Shown one piece after another: positions 38,901 through 52,100 of a DNA stretch of 64,000 bases (positions within the stretch are counted from its first letter, which is position 1; the number at the start of each line of letters is the position of its first letter). A program made the translations under genes and the position numbers. The stretch spans positions 1-64,000 of the forward strand of contig NMRA01000983.1 of assembly GCA_002633005.1 (NCBI GenBank), written 5' to 3'. This DNA is from Phoronis australis. Its lineage: Eukaryota > Animalia > Phoronida. The notes under the pieces were generated by a model, which did no database searches, was not told the DNA's origin, and saw only the letters and a list, made by a program, of their open reading frames with translations.

Positions 38901-41312
38901 GACCACCAGTCGACGAGCGGTCTGCGGCTCATTGGCGACCGGTGGGTAAAGTTAGTGGCTTGTCCTGCAAAGAGGTAATTTTGTACCGCTTCCTGCTCAA
39001 TCCACTCTCAGGGTAGTTCCCATCACATCATTAAACTATTTTGTTATGATTTCTTTTGTCATGATTCTGCACTAAATGTATGACAATTGTGTAACATATC
39101 TCCAACCAATAACGCAACGAACTTATTACTGTACAATAAAGTGTTGTTTGCACAGGAAAATATTGATGCAAAGGAGATGTTCAATTACTTTAAAATAATG
39201 GGAGTCAGAGTTCGCCCTGGAAGTGATAATTTGTGATGGTGCGATGCGTTATCAATAAGGGATGGCGAAAAATAGCGTGCTAGTATTTGTTAACAAGGGA
39301 CCACAGAGTGGTGCCACTGATAAACGGCCAAAATGATCGCCTTTGCGCGCCAGAATGGATACATCTTCGCAGTGCAACTAATGATAAATTAGAAGTTATC
39401 TAGTAAACTGAACCCCTCCTCTAAAATTATCTTTGATGATATGAAAGCTCAATTGAAATTGATTTACATCGGGTAAGGTTGTTTTTCAAGCTTTACTGAT
39501 TGTAGTTCCCATGTCGGGTCACTAGCATATCGGTGATTGTGACGTAGACGATCGGATGTTATTAATAATCATAATCAGGCCACTACCAGGATTCATACCA
39601 CCGTGCTACGTGTGTCGTGTCAGTTCGCGCTCTTGAGAGTCACACCCCATGCGCCTGTGCCCGGTTGCCCGTTAATTAGTGTTGCGTTAAATACTAGATT
39701 TTGTTTGCTCAGTAATGACACGATTTTTATTCGCTTTATTTTAATTGTGAGCTCCATTTACTTGCGCCATTTTCGATAACAAATATATGAAGAGTGAGAC
39801 GTTAAATCCAAATGAATAGTTACCGAAACCTTATCTAAGGGACGTTGCATGAAAAGGCCCTGTCTATGATATTTTAATATGAAAAGAATTCAGTATAGAG
39901 TTTAGTAGCACTATTTGTCAGCTCTTGATGTAGTAGTGGAGATAAAAAATTGAAAATCGGTGTTTGCGTAAAGTCCACAAATGCGCTGAAGACATGGGGA
40001 ACATTTTTCTTTCTCTATTAGAAGTATTTGATGCAACCGTACATTGATGCCTCACTGACACGGTTTAACATAAGGTTTATACAAAATGTATTGTTCTGTT
40101 GAGAACATTTCGTTTTTCTCAAATATCGTTAGATAGGACTGTCCTTCAGTATTTTTCTGCAATCTCTTGCTACTCTTGCTATCAGCCTTCACTCCTCTTA
40201 GGCATGGGTGTGGTGATATGTCGGTGAAATATTTTATTTGTTCAACTATGCTCAGCTTCAGGGCACGTTTGGTTAATTGTTTCAAATAAGCTTTTCTTTT
40301 TACAATTGGAAATAAAATCCACAAGGCTCAAGATAGATTCTTTTTACACAAAATCACTCATGAACTGTTGTTTGGAATTTTACGACTTACTTGAATGAGA
40401 GATAATTGTCTATAATCCTGTGTTCGAGTTCTTTATAGTTTACAAAGATGTGTAGTTCTATGTTGCACTCCATAGCTTCAGCATAAAGGGTATGAGTTGG
40501 AATTCTCCTTTTTTACTCGAGTTTGTGGGTTGAATCTTTCGGTCATCAAGTGCAAACTGGCGTGGACATCTGCGTAAACCACAATATACTCGAGCACAGA
40601 ACATTAGATAATTATCTTGATTTTCTAAGAAAGTAAAACAAAAAAGTAGTCAAAAATTTTTTGAGTTCGATTTCAGTAGGCAAAAGGGATGCCACGATTT
40701 TTAGGTGGGTCGTGCGAAAGGAGTCAATATCAATTTTCATTCACGAAGTTTCTTTCTAAACTATATTATCTCTACGTAATTCAGCTAGCTCTATCTGTAT
40801 ATTTGAACGTGAAAATAGATAGAGAAAGATGTGGGTAAATATTTGGCAACTTAAGCAAAGCTCGCTTTTTCATTTTGACACAAGTCTCTTGCGAAGAAAT
40901 TTACAACACACTGTAGCACGTCAATTTTTCAACTCAATCAAATTAAATGGCACCTACCCTGTCCGCTACAACCTTTCAAAAGAAACAGAAGATGATTAAC
41001 GTGATTTTGTTATCGCACTGTCCTTTTTTAACAAGGCAATGTCAGACGTCAAATATAAAATTTGCTCGAAGCTTGGTTTAGTAATGCCGTCTTTTGGCAG
41101 ATGGTGAGAGCTTCTCATCCCAGTATCTTACGTTTTTAACAAAGTTAATGTCACGAGTCTATTTCCAAACAGTAGGCTCGAAGATTGGATTTGGCAGTGA
41201 CATTTTTGGCAAATGTTGGTAACTTTGCGGAAAGAAAATTTGATCAGATTTTAGGTTGCTGGTAATGAAATACTCAAAACTACTGTCGAAGTGAAAGTAC
41301 ATCTGGAAATGT

Positions 41313-41609
41313 GGGTGGACAACATGTTGGTGGACTACATGTTGGTGGACTACATGTTGGTGGACTACAGGTTGGTGGACTACATGTTGGTGGACTACAT
41401 ATTGGTGGACTACATGTTGGTGGACTACATGTTGGTGGACTACAGGTTGGTGGACTACATATTGGTGGACTACATGTTGGTGGACTACATGTTGGTGGAC
41501 TACATGTTGGTGGACTACATGTTGGTGGACTACATATTTGTGGACTACATGTTGGTGGACTACATGTTGGTGGACTACAGGTTGGTGGACTACAGGTTGG
41601 TGGACTACG
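41313..41609. repeat. 15-bp minisatellite (GTTGGTGGACTACAT)n, ~19 copies
   Basis: Seen directly. Confidence 0.97.
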
Positions 41610-42298
41610 CCTAAGTTTGTGAAAAAAGGACAGTGGATGAAAGAATAGGCAAAAACACAGATTGACCAACAGATGGAGCCCTAGTTCATGGTGCATAAAG
41701 TTGACGCGTACATGTATCATGCTCCTCAAATTGAACTGCCGAGCCATACTTACCACGTTCGTTTGATCAAGTACAGATGTGATTTTAATGACTACAGTGT
41801 AATGTTTTTTCAGAATGATTTACTCACTGTTTAGCCGGATCGTTCCAAAGCAGCCTTGCACAAATGATATCTCCACGCTGGCCTTCAGACCGTTTTGAGG
41901 ATTCTTCATACATACGTTTGAACGTAACTGGAGCCAGTCTTTTCCTGTAGTTACACTCGAACGCCACATTTCCACCGGAATTTAAGACAACATTTTAAAT
42001 GTTGTCACAAATTTCGGTGGAGTATGATACATGTACGCGTCAACTTAAAAGTATTTTCCAAAAGATAATCGAAGACTGTACGCTAAGTTGTCTAGAATAT
42101 AAGGACAAAAGGTACGCATATTCTTCTTGGATAAAATACATTGGAATTGGAATCCAACCCCCGAAAATAAGACGTTTGTTTCCTAGGGCTTGACTACAGA
42201 GAATGTCAACCAACTAAAGGCATATAATTAACAAAACCAGCAAAAGAATACTCAGTATATTATTTCATACTAATTGAAGGATAGCTTTCCAATAGAAA

Positions 42299-42465
<167 letters not shown>

Positions 42466-42599
42466 GCAACAAGATGAGGACTGTAGGAAAACATCAGGGC
42501 CGTAGGATTCGGGGGTTGTGCCCCCCAAAAAATTGCAGAAGGTTATGTTAAACCATGGCAACCGACAAAGGCGTGGTGCCGGGGACAGTCGAGAAAAGA

Positions 42600-44790
42600 A
42601 AGACTACAAATACGGATAGGTCTCGTAGAAAATTCAAGAGAACATTTGACGACTCAGTATCAGTGCACGGTTAACCCTTTGAGGGCCATGGCCAGAACAT
42701 TGTTGTTAGGGTTTTTGCTGCGTACATGTAGGTCGTCTAAACGCTTTTGAAAATGTGCACTTTATCATTCATACATTCATTTTGAAAAATCGACAAAATT
42801 CATAAAGCAAAGCTTTAGCGGAGCATATTAAATCATAAATCCAATAACACAGTTTTCCAAATGCATAAATGCGAAATTATATTTTCCAGAGGCTCCTCTC
42901 TAGCAAAGGATAACAAAGACAACTGTCGCTCTATTTTTTCGTGTTTTTCTTTCTCTTAATTGTGTGTCACTTGAGAAAATTGATGGCCTGGCATCAATTG
43001 CTGCACTTTTCCTGACTTTTGAAAATATAGATCTTTTCATATTTAGGGGCCCAGCTCTTGAAGAGAACCATTCATGACATTCAAGTGGCCACCCTTTTCG
43101 TGTTTCGATTGGCAAATTCTCAAGGGGCCGCTAAAGAAAAGAGGGCCCAATGTTGGAATCGATTATCTCTATTTTCCTATTTTTTGTGAAATCGTACAAC
43201 CGGCTTTCATGCTGAGGAAAGTCACATCTTGCAAGGTCACCCGACAATTGAATGAACTATTGAAATCAATTATGTCTAATTTCCTGTTTTTTGTGAAATC
43301 GTAAAACCGGCTCTCATGCAGAGGAAAGTCACTACTTGCAAGGCCACTGTCTATCTTTTCCATGCTTAATGTTTAGTAGCTTTTCATCTTAGGTGTCCCA
43401 TTTCAGACGGGACCCCATCTCTCTGGGGCGTATCGGACATCCCCCTATACATGTAAATCCGACACTGCGAAGTATTCACGAGAAGATGAGATTCCAAATT
43501 CATTAAAAACTCAAAACAACCGTGCACAGCAAAGCAATATCAAAACATTCGACTCAAACAACCAAACTTGTAAAAAAACAATAGGATTGACCAACATCAA
43601 AATGTTGGAATTTTGAAGAACGTGAAGATCACTATTTGTGAATTACACAAAAAGGTTACTTCCGATGGTTAGCTATAAACAATGTTTTATTTTTCCAATA
43701 GTATCACAAGAACAGTATTTCTTTTGAAGGTCGTTACTACAGTAGGAACTTTTTATAATGAATTCGCAAAATGTCGAAAAGACTGGGTGTTAGGATTTGT
43801 GATGACATGTGGAACGGGGGTACTCAAAATGCTCGCAATAATCAACAAATATTTCAGCGTTTATTTCTGGAGTTCAAGTTAAACTCGTGAGCCGTTATGA
43901 GTACCTCTGAAATCAGCAAAAATACACATGAATATGAATGCTCATCTCCCATATTCCCCGGGTTTCCCGTCAAAAATCTGCGATCATGCCTGCGGAAATT
44001 GCTTACTACATTCCGTTTTGATAAACAATTCGTTTGTTTCTGATTGACGTGTTTGTGTATTTACGAAAACCGAAAGGTTGCAAGATGATTTTTGGCAATT
44101 AGAATTTCACATTTTAAGAAATGATGATGTTTCAGTGACTTAAGTTGAAACCTAATTACGGAAAACTCTACAATCACATCCCCAAATAGTAAAGTGCACT
44201 TGGACGCTTCTTGCCTATCTAAAATAACTCTCAAGGACATTGATGAAATTTGAACAATTATCTAAAATTTGCTCACAATTCAAATGACAATAAATGCATT
44301 GCTTTTTGACTTAGGTACAAGATTAGTCGTTTAAATTCACTAACAGGGGATAAAAAAGGAATTCATTCATTAAATCAAGGTAAACGTATTGCTCATGGAT
44401 TCGATTTTTGGTTTCTGAATTACATGTTTATGTATCTATGAAAGTGAGCTGTTTGGTGATGGTTTTCTTTAATTAGAAGCTAATCTTGTAAGAAGTGACA
44501 ATGCTTCAACGAACTTAGTTGCAAGCAGACATTGGGGAAATTCAATGTATCATTAGATCCCCAAATATAAAAGTACACGAAACCATTTGATTTGCCTATC
44601 TGAAAGGAGTCTCAAAGATATTAGTGAATGTCGGACCGCTCTACAAAGTGTCCTGAAATTTTCTCACAATTCACATGACAATAAACTGTTCATTGATTTA
44701 GGAAATAGATCAGTGGGTTTAATTTCACAAACAGTACATCGAAGAAGTTTAAGTATTTAGATAAATAAAATTAAACTTATTGCTCATCAA
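42600..44790 (+). repeat. Paralog of the 27000-28600 segment, with local tandem duplications (~43180-43345; ~44170-44400 vs ~44550-44790)
   Basis: Collinear similarity blocks found by eye. Confidence 0.6.
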
Positions 44791-47700
44791 GCTGATGTTG
44801 TTAGTTTCCATTATTATTGCGCAATGAATTTTTATTCAAGCATTTGCTTTCCATTCCTGTCCATACTGCACACACGGAGCACGTCATGACAGACGCACCA
44901 CGGTGAAAATAAGGTGCAACTATACTGTGGACATGCGTACAATCTTAGTAATCCACGACAGCTGAATTTGAACTCCAGGCGTTAAAGAGTGTACATTTTT
45001 GGGACACACATTGTATCATTTCCCCCAGCCACAAGAAAGTGGACCACCGGCTGTTTCATCAAGGGATTTTGAAACGGCCACAAAGGCACTCATAACAGGA
45101 ATCTCGGGACCTCCCCTTTCAAAAAAATTCCTTCAAAGAATGGTCATAATAAAATTAAGTTTTCCAGAAACTTGATCATGATAAAAAGCCAGCGCAGAGG
45201 AATAGGTACAAGATAAGCTGCCTGTCTCAAGTGAATCATAGCTGAGCTGACTAGCGACTAGCTCTAGTTCATCGAATCCACTGTTGGAGCCCAGCTACCC
45301 GTCAGTGCGCTGGCCCTAGACCCACTCTTACTCTCCGTTAAACTTTGTTCATTCATGGTTACTCAAATCGTGATGGATGCATCTCAGGTATTACCCCCCC
45401 CCCCCCCAAGCCCACCAATGGCGGATGTGAGGAACGGTACAAATATGGTGACATCCAGAGAACGGGGGGGGTGGCGATAGGAAGGGGGTAGGTTGGCGAA
45501 GTCGAATTGATTTGTACTTACCTTCATACGGGTCTGAACATATGTCGATTGTTGTGCTCAAATGTTGTAAAACTAACCTTCTGAGTCTAAAAAGCTTGAC
45601 TTATGCATACAGTCTTATTCACGACAGGGTGTGTTGCTGAGAGATGGGGCCATATCAACCAAAAACACACACAAAAGCACCCCATAGATTTTTGTTTAAA
45701 TGATACACCGGTAAATGAAAATGAGATGGCTACAAAACTACAACAAATTGCCCAAGCCCTGATCACTGGATGTGGGGTCTCTGAGAGCGGCTGCATGGAA
45801 TAGAGTCGGGAACTCAACTATGTTCATTGAAGTTCCAGTGAATTTGTGGACTGACAGACCATTCTTAAAATGCATGGTATGGTTGGTATTCCAATGCCAA
45901 AACTGGCTAGCTTAACCCCTCAAGTTGAATTTGTGTACTTCACTGGAAACAATTCAAGGCATTTTTGTTACGTTCACGCATTTAAATGTGTGGTCCCGAA
46001 TACGGTATCAGAAAATACTGATTGCAATCAATTATGTAATATGTTATTGAAACCCAGGCATGTACGTAACCGGCCTCGAGAATATCTAGTCGCCGCGTCG
46101 AGTTCCACAGAAATGAATCTGTCTTCCAAGAATTGCTGCAGATAAGTATTTACACTAGCCTGGGCTATAATCAATGATTAACAACGAATGGCTCAGTAAA
46201 AATTTATAACTGGTGTGAAAACCATGCCTTTGTTTCCCAGTAAATTTTTGGAGCGTTTAAGCTGGCCGGCCGATTGTTTAATTAAATCTACCTATCACAG
46301 AAACAAATTTTCACTTTCGTGTTATTCTGAAGTAAGGTATAGATGCCACCATACAAATTCAGGATCACTTCACTTCAGAAAGGTTACAATGTATCACTAT
46401 TTCCAGGTTTACATCGTTTTGTTAATAACAGAGATTTTTTATTAAAACGCTCCAGGGGACAGTAATTGCTTCAAGTCCATGTTTGTTCCCAAAAAAGCTC
46501 ACAGAGCGTTGTCCCGGAAACAACAATGACTTCGAGTCACTTTTGTTTTTTGTTTTTTTAATCGTCTGCATTGCGAAATAAAGTGAGTGTCGGTCAAATT
46601 CAAGACTTCACAAAAACCTAGGACCGCGTGGTGTAAGCTTCCTGTTCTGCTGACCGCAAATCAGAATTATCAGTGGACGAATATCGCTTTTCGAGGTCGA
46701 TTCCAAGTTTCCAGATTCCTCATCCAACTATATACTGTAGCTGACTGCCTTTTTAGACACATGCTTGCACCGACTAATTTTGTGCTTCTCCACCCATTCG
46801 TAAAACGGGAACTGGGGGGTGTACATGTAAGGAAGGTCACGACCCCAGCAGTGGCAAACCCCGATTATTTTACAGTGAATGTAAGGATATTCATAGAACT
46901 CCTCGAAACTTTCGTCGTTATCGCCACTTGCAATGAAACCATTTAACATACATGAAATGTTCACCGAGACAACAACTGCAAGTTAGTCATTTGTTTCAAC
47001 CAACTGTATTCATATTTGAGTCAGATATCACGCTTATCTATGGATTGAGCTATCCAGCTACTAGTACCTACTGTACCTGTCATACGATTGTCTGTGGGTT
47101 TGTTTAAAAGGTGGCTATGCTTTGAGATTGTGCGTAGATGGACAGTGAATAATCAAATCCAGTAATTAATTTATTATATGATAACCCCTAATTAGACAAA
47201 TGAAACCGATTGTTAATTAATCAATTAACTTCAAAAAAGAGTATCTACGCTAGCGCCCTCTTTAAAGATTATTTTAATCAATCGACCAAAATAATCAAAT
47301 GTCTTATCTGCTATCCAAGCTAGGACTATCCACTTGTTGGATGTCTGTCCTGTTGGTGTATCTACGAACTACACACACTATATGGCGACAGTGTACTTGC
47401 TGGTCACCGTCTCTGGTGTTGCAACACTTGCAGGCAATTTCTTCTACCCGTGATTCTTCTTGATGGTCACAGTCTCTGGCTGGTGACGCAACAATTCAGG
47501 TAGTATCTTACTACCCATGATGCAAGTGGCAAGCTCTTACTTAACTTCCTGTTCGTTAACCCTTGCCCTTGCCAACATCCTTTCCAGAATCTTCCACGAG
47601 ATGGCTCTGTCGTACAATTCCCTCTGTACACTGTAGCAAAAAGTCTTTATACTCCAACTATTATAGATCATCTGAATTTCTTTTTGACTTAAGTCCGTAT

Positions 47701-49151
47701 TATAATATTCTACTTATTTAGTGATTGGTTAATAAAAACCACATGATCATATCCAATCATATCATTGTCTGATACAGTTTGTTTTCACAATCTTCAAGAA
47801 TCTCTAGAGTACTTTGACCCCAGAACCCAAAGTTGTAAACACCATTTAAAAATAGATTTTGACATGAAAGTACATGCCAGCAAGTTTGACCCCATGATTT
47901 AAAAGCACATATGTACAAATTTTGGGCAATTTAAAATTAATCTATTCTGATTGATCAGTTAATCAGAATATTTATTATGACAGTACCAGTGGTGGCTTTG
48001 ATATCACATACGTCCCACATTGACTACTTTGAAAACCGACGCGTAGACCAATTGTTTTTCTCAAGGTTCCAGATCTATTTTGGAGCCACCTAGCAAGAAA
48101 TAACACTTTTAATACTTCATGTTTGGCTATTTTATATTCTTCATCTTTCACCCTTTGCTATTTGTGTGCTCAGTTCCCCCCTTGTCCCCTGTAGCTAAAT
48201 GTGTACGACAACTTCAGATCACAGCAGGTGAACGACGTGGCTAAAAAGCCAATTTAGGAGAAGTTCGATTTCTCGGTTCACCACAACTGTATTTGCGATC
48301 CTCTTGCAACCCTGGCAGCACGTACAACCGTGTTTAAGTTTTGGCACTCCAAAACTCAAGTAACAAGTATCTAATTGTCTGTTTGAGAAACAAAATCTGG
48401 TGTATGTCATTTTCTGACATCTCCCACACTCTTGTGTAACACCGTAAGGTCGGACTAAGATATCAAAACTGTAGACTCGTGTCACGCACACGCGCAAATT
48501 GCTCGATGTTTGGTTTGCTAAAGTGACTTCTTATAAGAGGTGAGAACAAATTCGCCGACAGCTTAAGTCCTGAGGATTTGGGGTTCGCTGGCAGTAAAGT
48601 ACTCAAAACTACCAACGAGGAGCAAATGCTTATGGCAGTTTGTTGTGAATTGTGCCCAAGCTTGTGAGACAGGGAAAATGGATTAGAAAGTCGGCGAAAA
48701 TTGATTGATCAACAGAAAGCGTTGGAGGTTTTGGCGTTTATGTCTGATGAATACGGACGCTTCACGGAATTAAATACGGGAATAGCGGCCTCTCGCCATT
48801 CTTTTTGCGATGGTAACCAAATTCAAGTAATCACGGAAGTGTGAAGATTTCAATGATTATAACTTTTTACCAGGTTTTGTTCTGATCACACTTCACTGTG
48901 ATCGTTCCAAAGCTGTATATTTATCAGCTTTGCACTAAGGATAGAGTTGAGCTACCAGCGGGCGTGGATGCAAAATTTTGGAATCAACCGAATTCAACTT
49001 GTCCGTTACAGTCGTTTAAGGTAAAACAATCCGATAAGCATCATTTTCTTGCGTCATTCCCGGCTTTTCTAACAATAGTGGGGAGGGAATGTGTGAGATT
49101 TGCACAAATTGAGCATTTTGCGACAAGTTTTTGCAATTTGGTAAGCTGTTA

Positions 49152-52100
49152 CAGCACACATCACGAATTTTTGGCCGACCGGTCGGAAATTGGTCGACGA
49201 CCGGCCGTCGACCGGTCGTCTAGCCGACCAGCAGCCGACCAACAACGGTCGGCTAGGAGCCGTCTACTGAGTCGCCTCTGTGGTCGGCACTTGGGTCGGC
49301 TAAGTGGTCGCCTAGCGTAGACGACCAATTCGGATTAAGCGTGTCCTTGGTCGGCAATTACCATTTTATGACTTAACGGGTGAACTTTGGCCAAACAAAC
49401 ATTTTACTGTTCGCTGTTAGTTCACCACTGGCAACTCAGGTCTTGACATCGGTTTATAAAGTTTTGTTCAACTATTGAAAGGAAATAAAATCGAATCAAC
49501 CTACAAATACGAAGTGCGTGACATTACACCAGCCTAAAACTTTATGTTGAATTAATGACGGCGTGGTAAAATCAAACGTTAAGTGATATCGCGGAAGCAT
49601 AATTTCTAAATTTAGATATGAGACTTTTTATACAGTACATTTTGCACAAAAACAAGCACGAAATTTGAAATTTACAGTAAAATTGCATAACAATCAGAAT
49701 ACAACACTCAATACACGACCTCAAGTGTTTTCATGCAGCGGAATGCTCAACAAGCATCACGCATTTGCGCTCATCCGTTATTGCTCTTGATGATCACTTC
49801 ATCACGCTGTATATTGCGATTTACCACAGATAATTATTGCTTATTTCTGTATAATTTCTTAATATGTTGGTACAGCAATAGAACCCAATTTTATTTTAGA
49901 AACAACATAAACAATGGTTTGAACATAGCGCCGATATTAAAGCATGGGCGCATGAAAACGGAAGACTGATCGGTTTATAGTGTCATCCATCATCCATCAT
50001 CATTCAGAAATTGTTGTCACTTTCGCAGTAAAACATCTTTTCGAAACTAGAGCCTTCCTATGTAGCCAGCTAGTTGCATGAAGACTATTTTCAAAATACA
50101 GCAAGGTGCCACTGCTTATTGAGACCAAACAGACCTCGATACTTCACACAGCCCGGATAGTTACGTTTGTCACCTCGTCGAAAAACTTGTATCAACATGA
50201 GCTCAAGACTGGCGGGTGTGCATGCAAAATCTGGAAGTCAATTGGCATTCAAGTTGCCCGTTACGGCCGTTTAAGTGAGAAACATCCGACGTCATCTTCT
50301 TGCGTAATTCTCTGCCTTTTTAACGAAAAAACGTATATCGTCGTTTTGAAAAAAGTTCATTGTGACACGCGCCACTTCCAAAATGTTTTCAACATCTCCC
50401 ATTAGATGATGAACACATCTCAGCAAAATTTGTTCTAAAATTCGGTTCACTGATATCAAAATTCCAAAAACATATAATGAAGTGAAACCAATTCTGATCA
50501 TTTGTTGTGACGTTTACGTAACCTCGAGGGAGAACGTTTGATTGAAGAATCTGGGAAAAAGAAACTGGCTAAAAGGTGACGCAATATTTCATTGGGGCGA
50601 AAGTCGACGCATAAGATCACAACATAACTTTAGCAGCAGAATAATTGTAGAAAACCATTTTTTGCAACGCTGGTAAATAATTTAGTTTACTCTAGGAAGA
50701 TTTTATTCGGTCAGTTTTTACCCACAATGGCGCAAATTTGTATATTTAATTTAGTAAACAGCTTCGCACCAAGGCTACAGCCTTCCGAGCCCTTTCGCGT
50801 AAGAACACAATACTTGGCGTTTCGCGTATACTCCAAGGGGTAAAACTTTGAAAATAATATTTTCGGGGTAACCTGGTACATGTAATCCTAAAAAAAGTAG
50901 TCTGTGTTTTCATGTAGAGCGTAAAATGATTAACCCATTGATTCAAAAAGAACACTCTCGCAAACGAAAACGCACACAATTTTCAGCTATATTACACTGG
51001 TTAAAAAACAACTTCTATAAGTTTATTGCATCGGATTCTAGTGATCACAGGGCAAGTCAAAACTCTTAAAGGGGCGCAATTTCAAACCTTTGGCATGAAT
51101 CAGTGATATAAAAATGGAAATACATGTAGACCGACTTTAGTTCATCAGCAATCTAGACACAACAGTTACAGACACTCACTGCGTTTGTTAACGTCTTGTG
51201 GCAATGATAAAAATAATTTTTTCTACTATGATTGATAACAAGTTTTACTCTGATGAGGTATGATGCAATATGCACGTCTGATATGCAGAGTCAGCAGTTG
51301 CAAAAATATTTACTGGGTTTAATGAATCCGTTTGTTATGAACCACTGCAAAAGTATAATTACTAATTGTACATTCGAAGCACGCCTCATTAGAATAAAAA
51401 CATACACATGCTTGATGATCCTGGGAGTACCTCTTTTACAGGCATGAATGAAGATATATAGTTGTTAAGCCATAGAGGATAATAAAGCTTAGATAATATC
51501 ACACTGAGCCATGTACACCAGGCATATACAAAGGATACAGTATTTCAAAAGAAGCCTCAACTACTCATTTTTCATAGTCATAACTACTCATTTTTCATAG
51601 TATTACTAAATCACGAACACCTAGATTTATATTAGAAGTTACATAGTACGATGCTACACAACCTGCTCTCCCCCCATTTATGGGAGGCCTAATTTGAAAC
51701 ATTTAACGACATATCTTTTCTATGCATGATTAAAACCAAGCAAAACATGCAAACTCTCCAGGACCAAAAATAAATATCTCAAAACCAGACATTTTACTTA
51801 AGCAGGAATTAAAACAATCCAATACATTGAGATTGTTTTCACACAGAAGACCAAAGAGCAAATAAAGACCAAATTCACCACGTCAAGACTGAAAATTTAT
51901 CACATCAGCACCTATAATTTATCAAGTGAGGACCAAAAATTCTTCACTTCAGGATCAAAATAAAATACGACCGAACTGAAAATTTAATAAGTCAGGTTCA
52001 AAAACTTACCATGTCAGTAACTTTCACGCCAGAACACCACGTCACCATCCCCAAGCATTGATCTTTCAAAGTGATACTGTCCGTACTATACTAAACAAGG

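Noticed and set aside
41280-41756. (CSPPT)n keratin-associated-like protein
   Set aside because: A 15-bp minisatellite that is open in several frames, with no synonymous-site bias or gene context.
45430-46970. Possible transposase remnant (acidic SGDNDESFEEF patch, donor-like sites)
   Set aside because: No diagnostic motif or termini could be identified.
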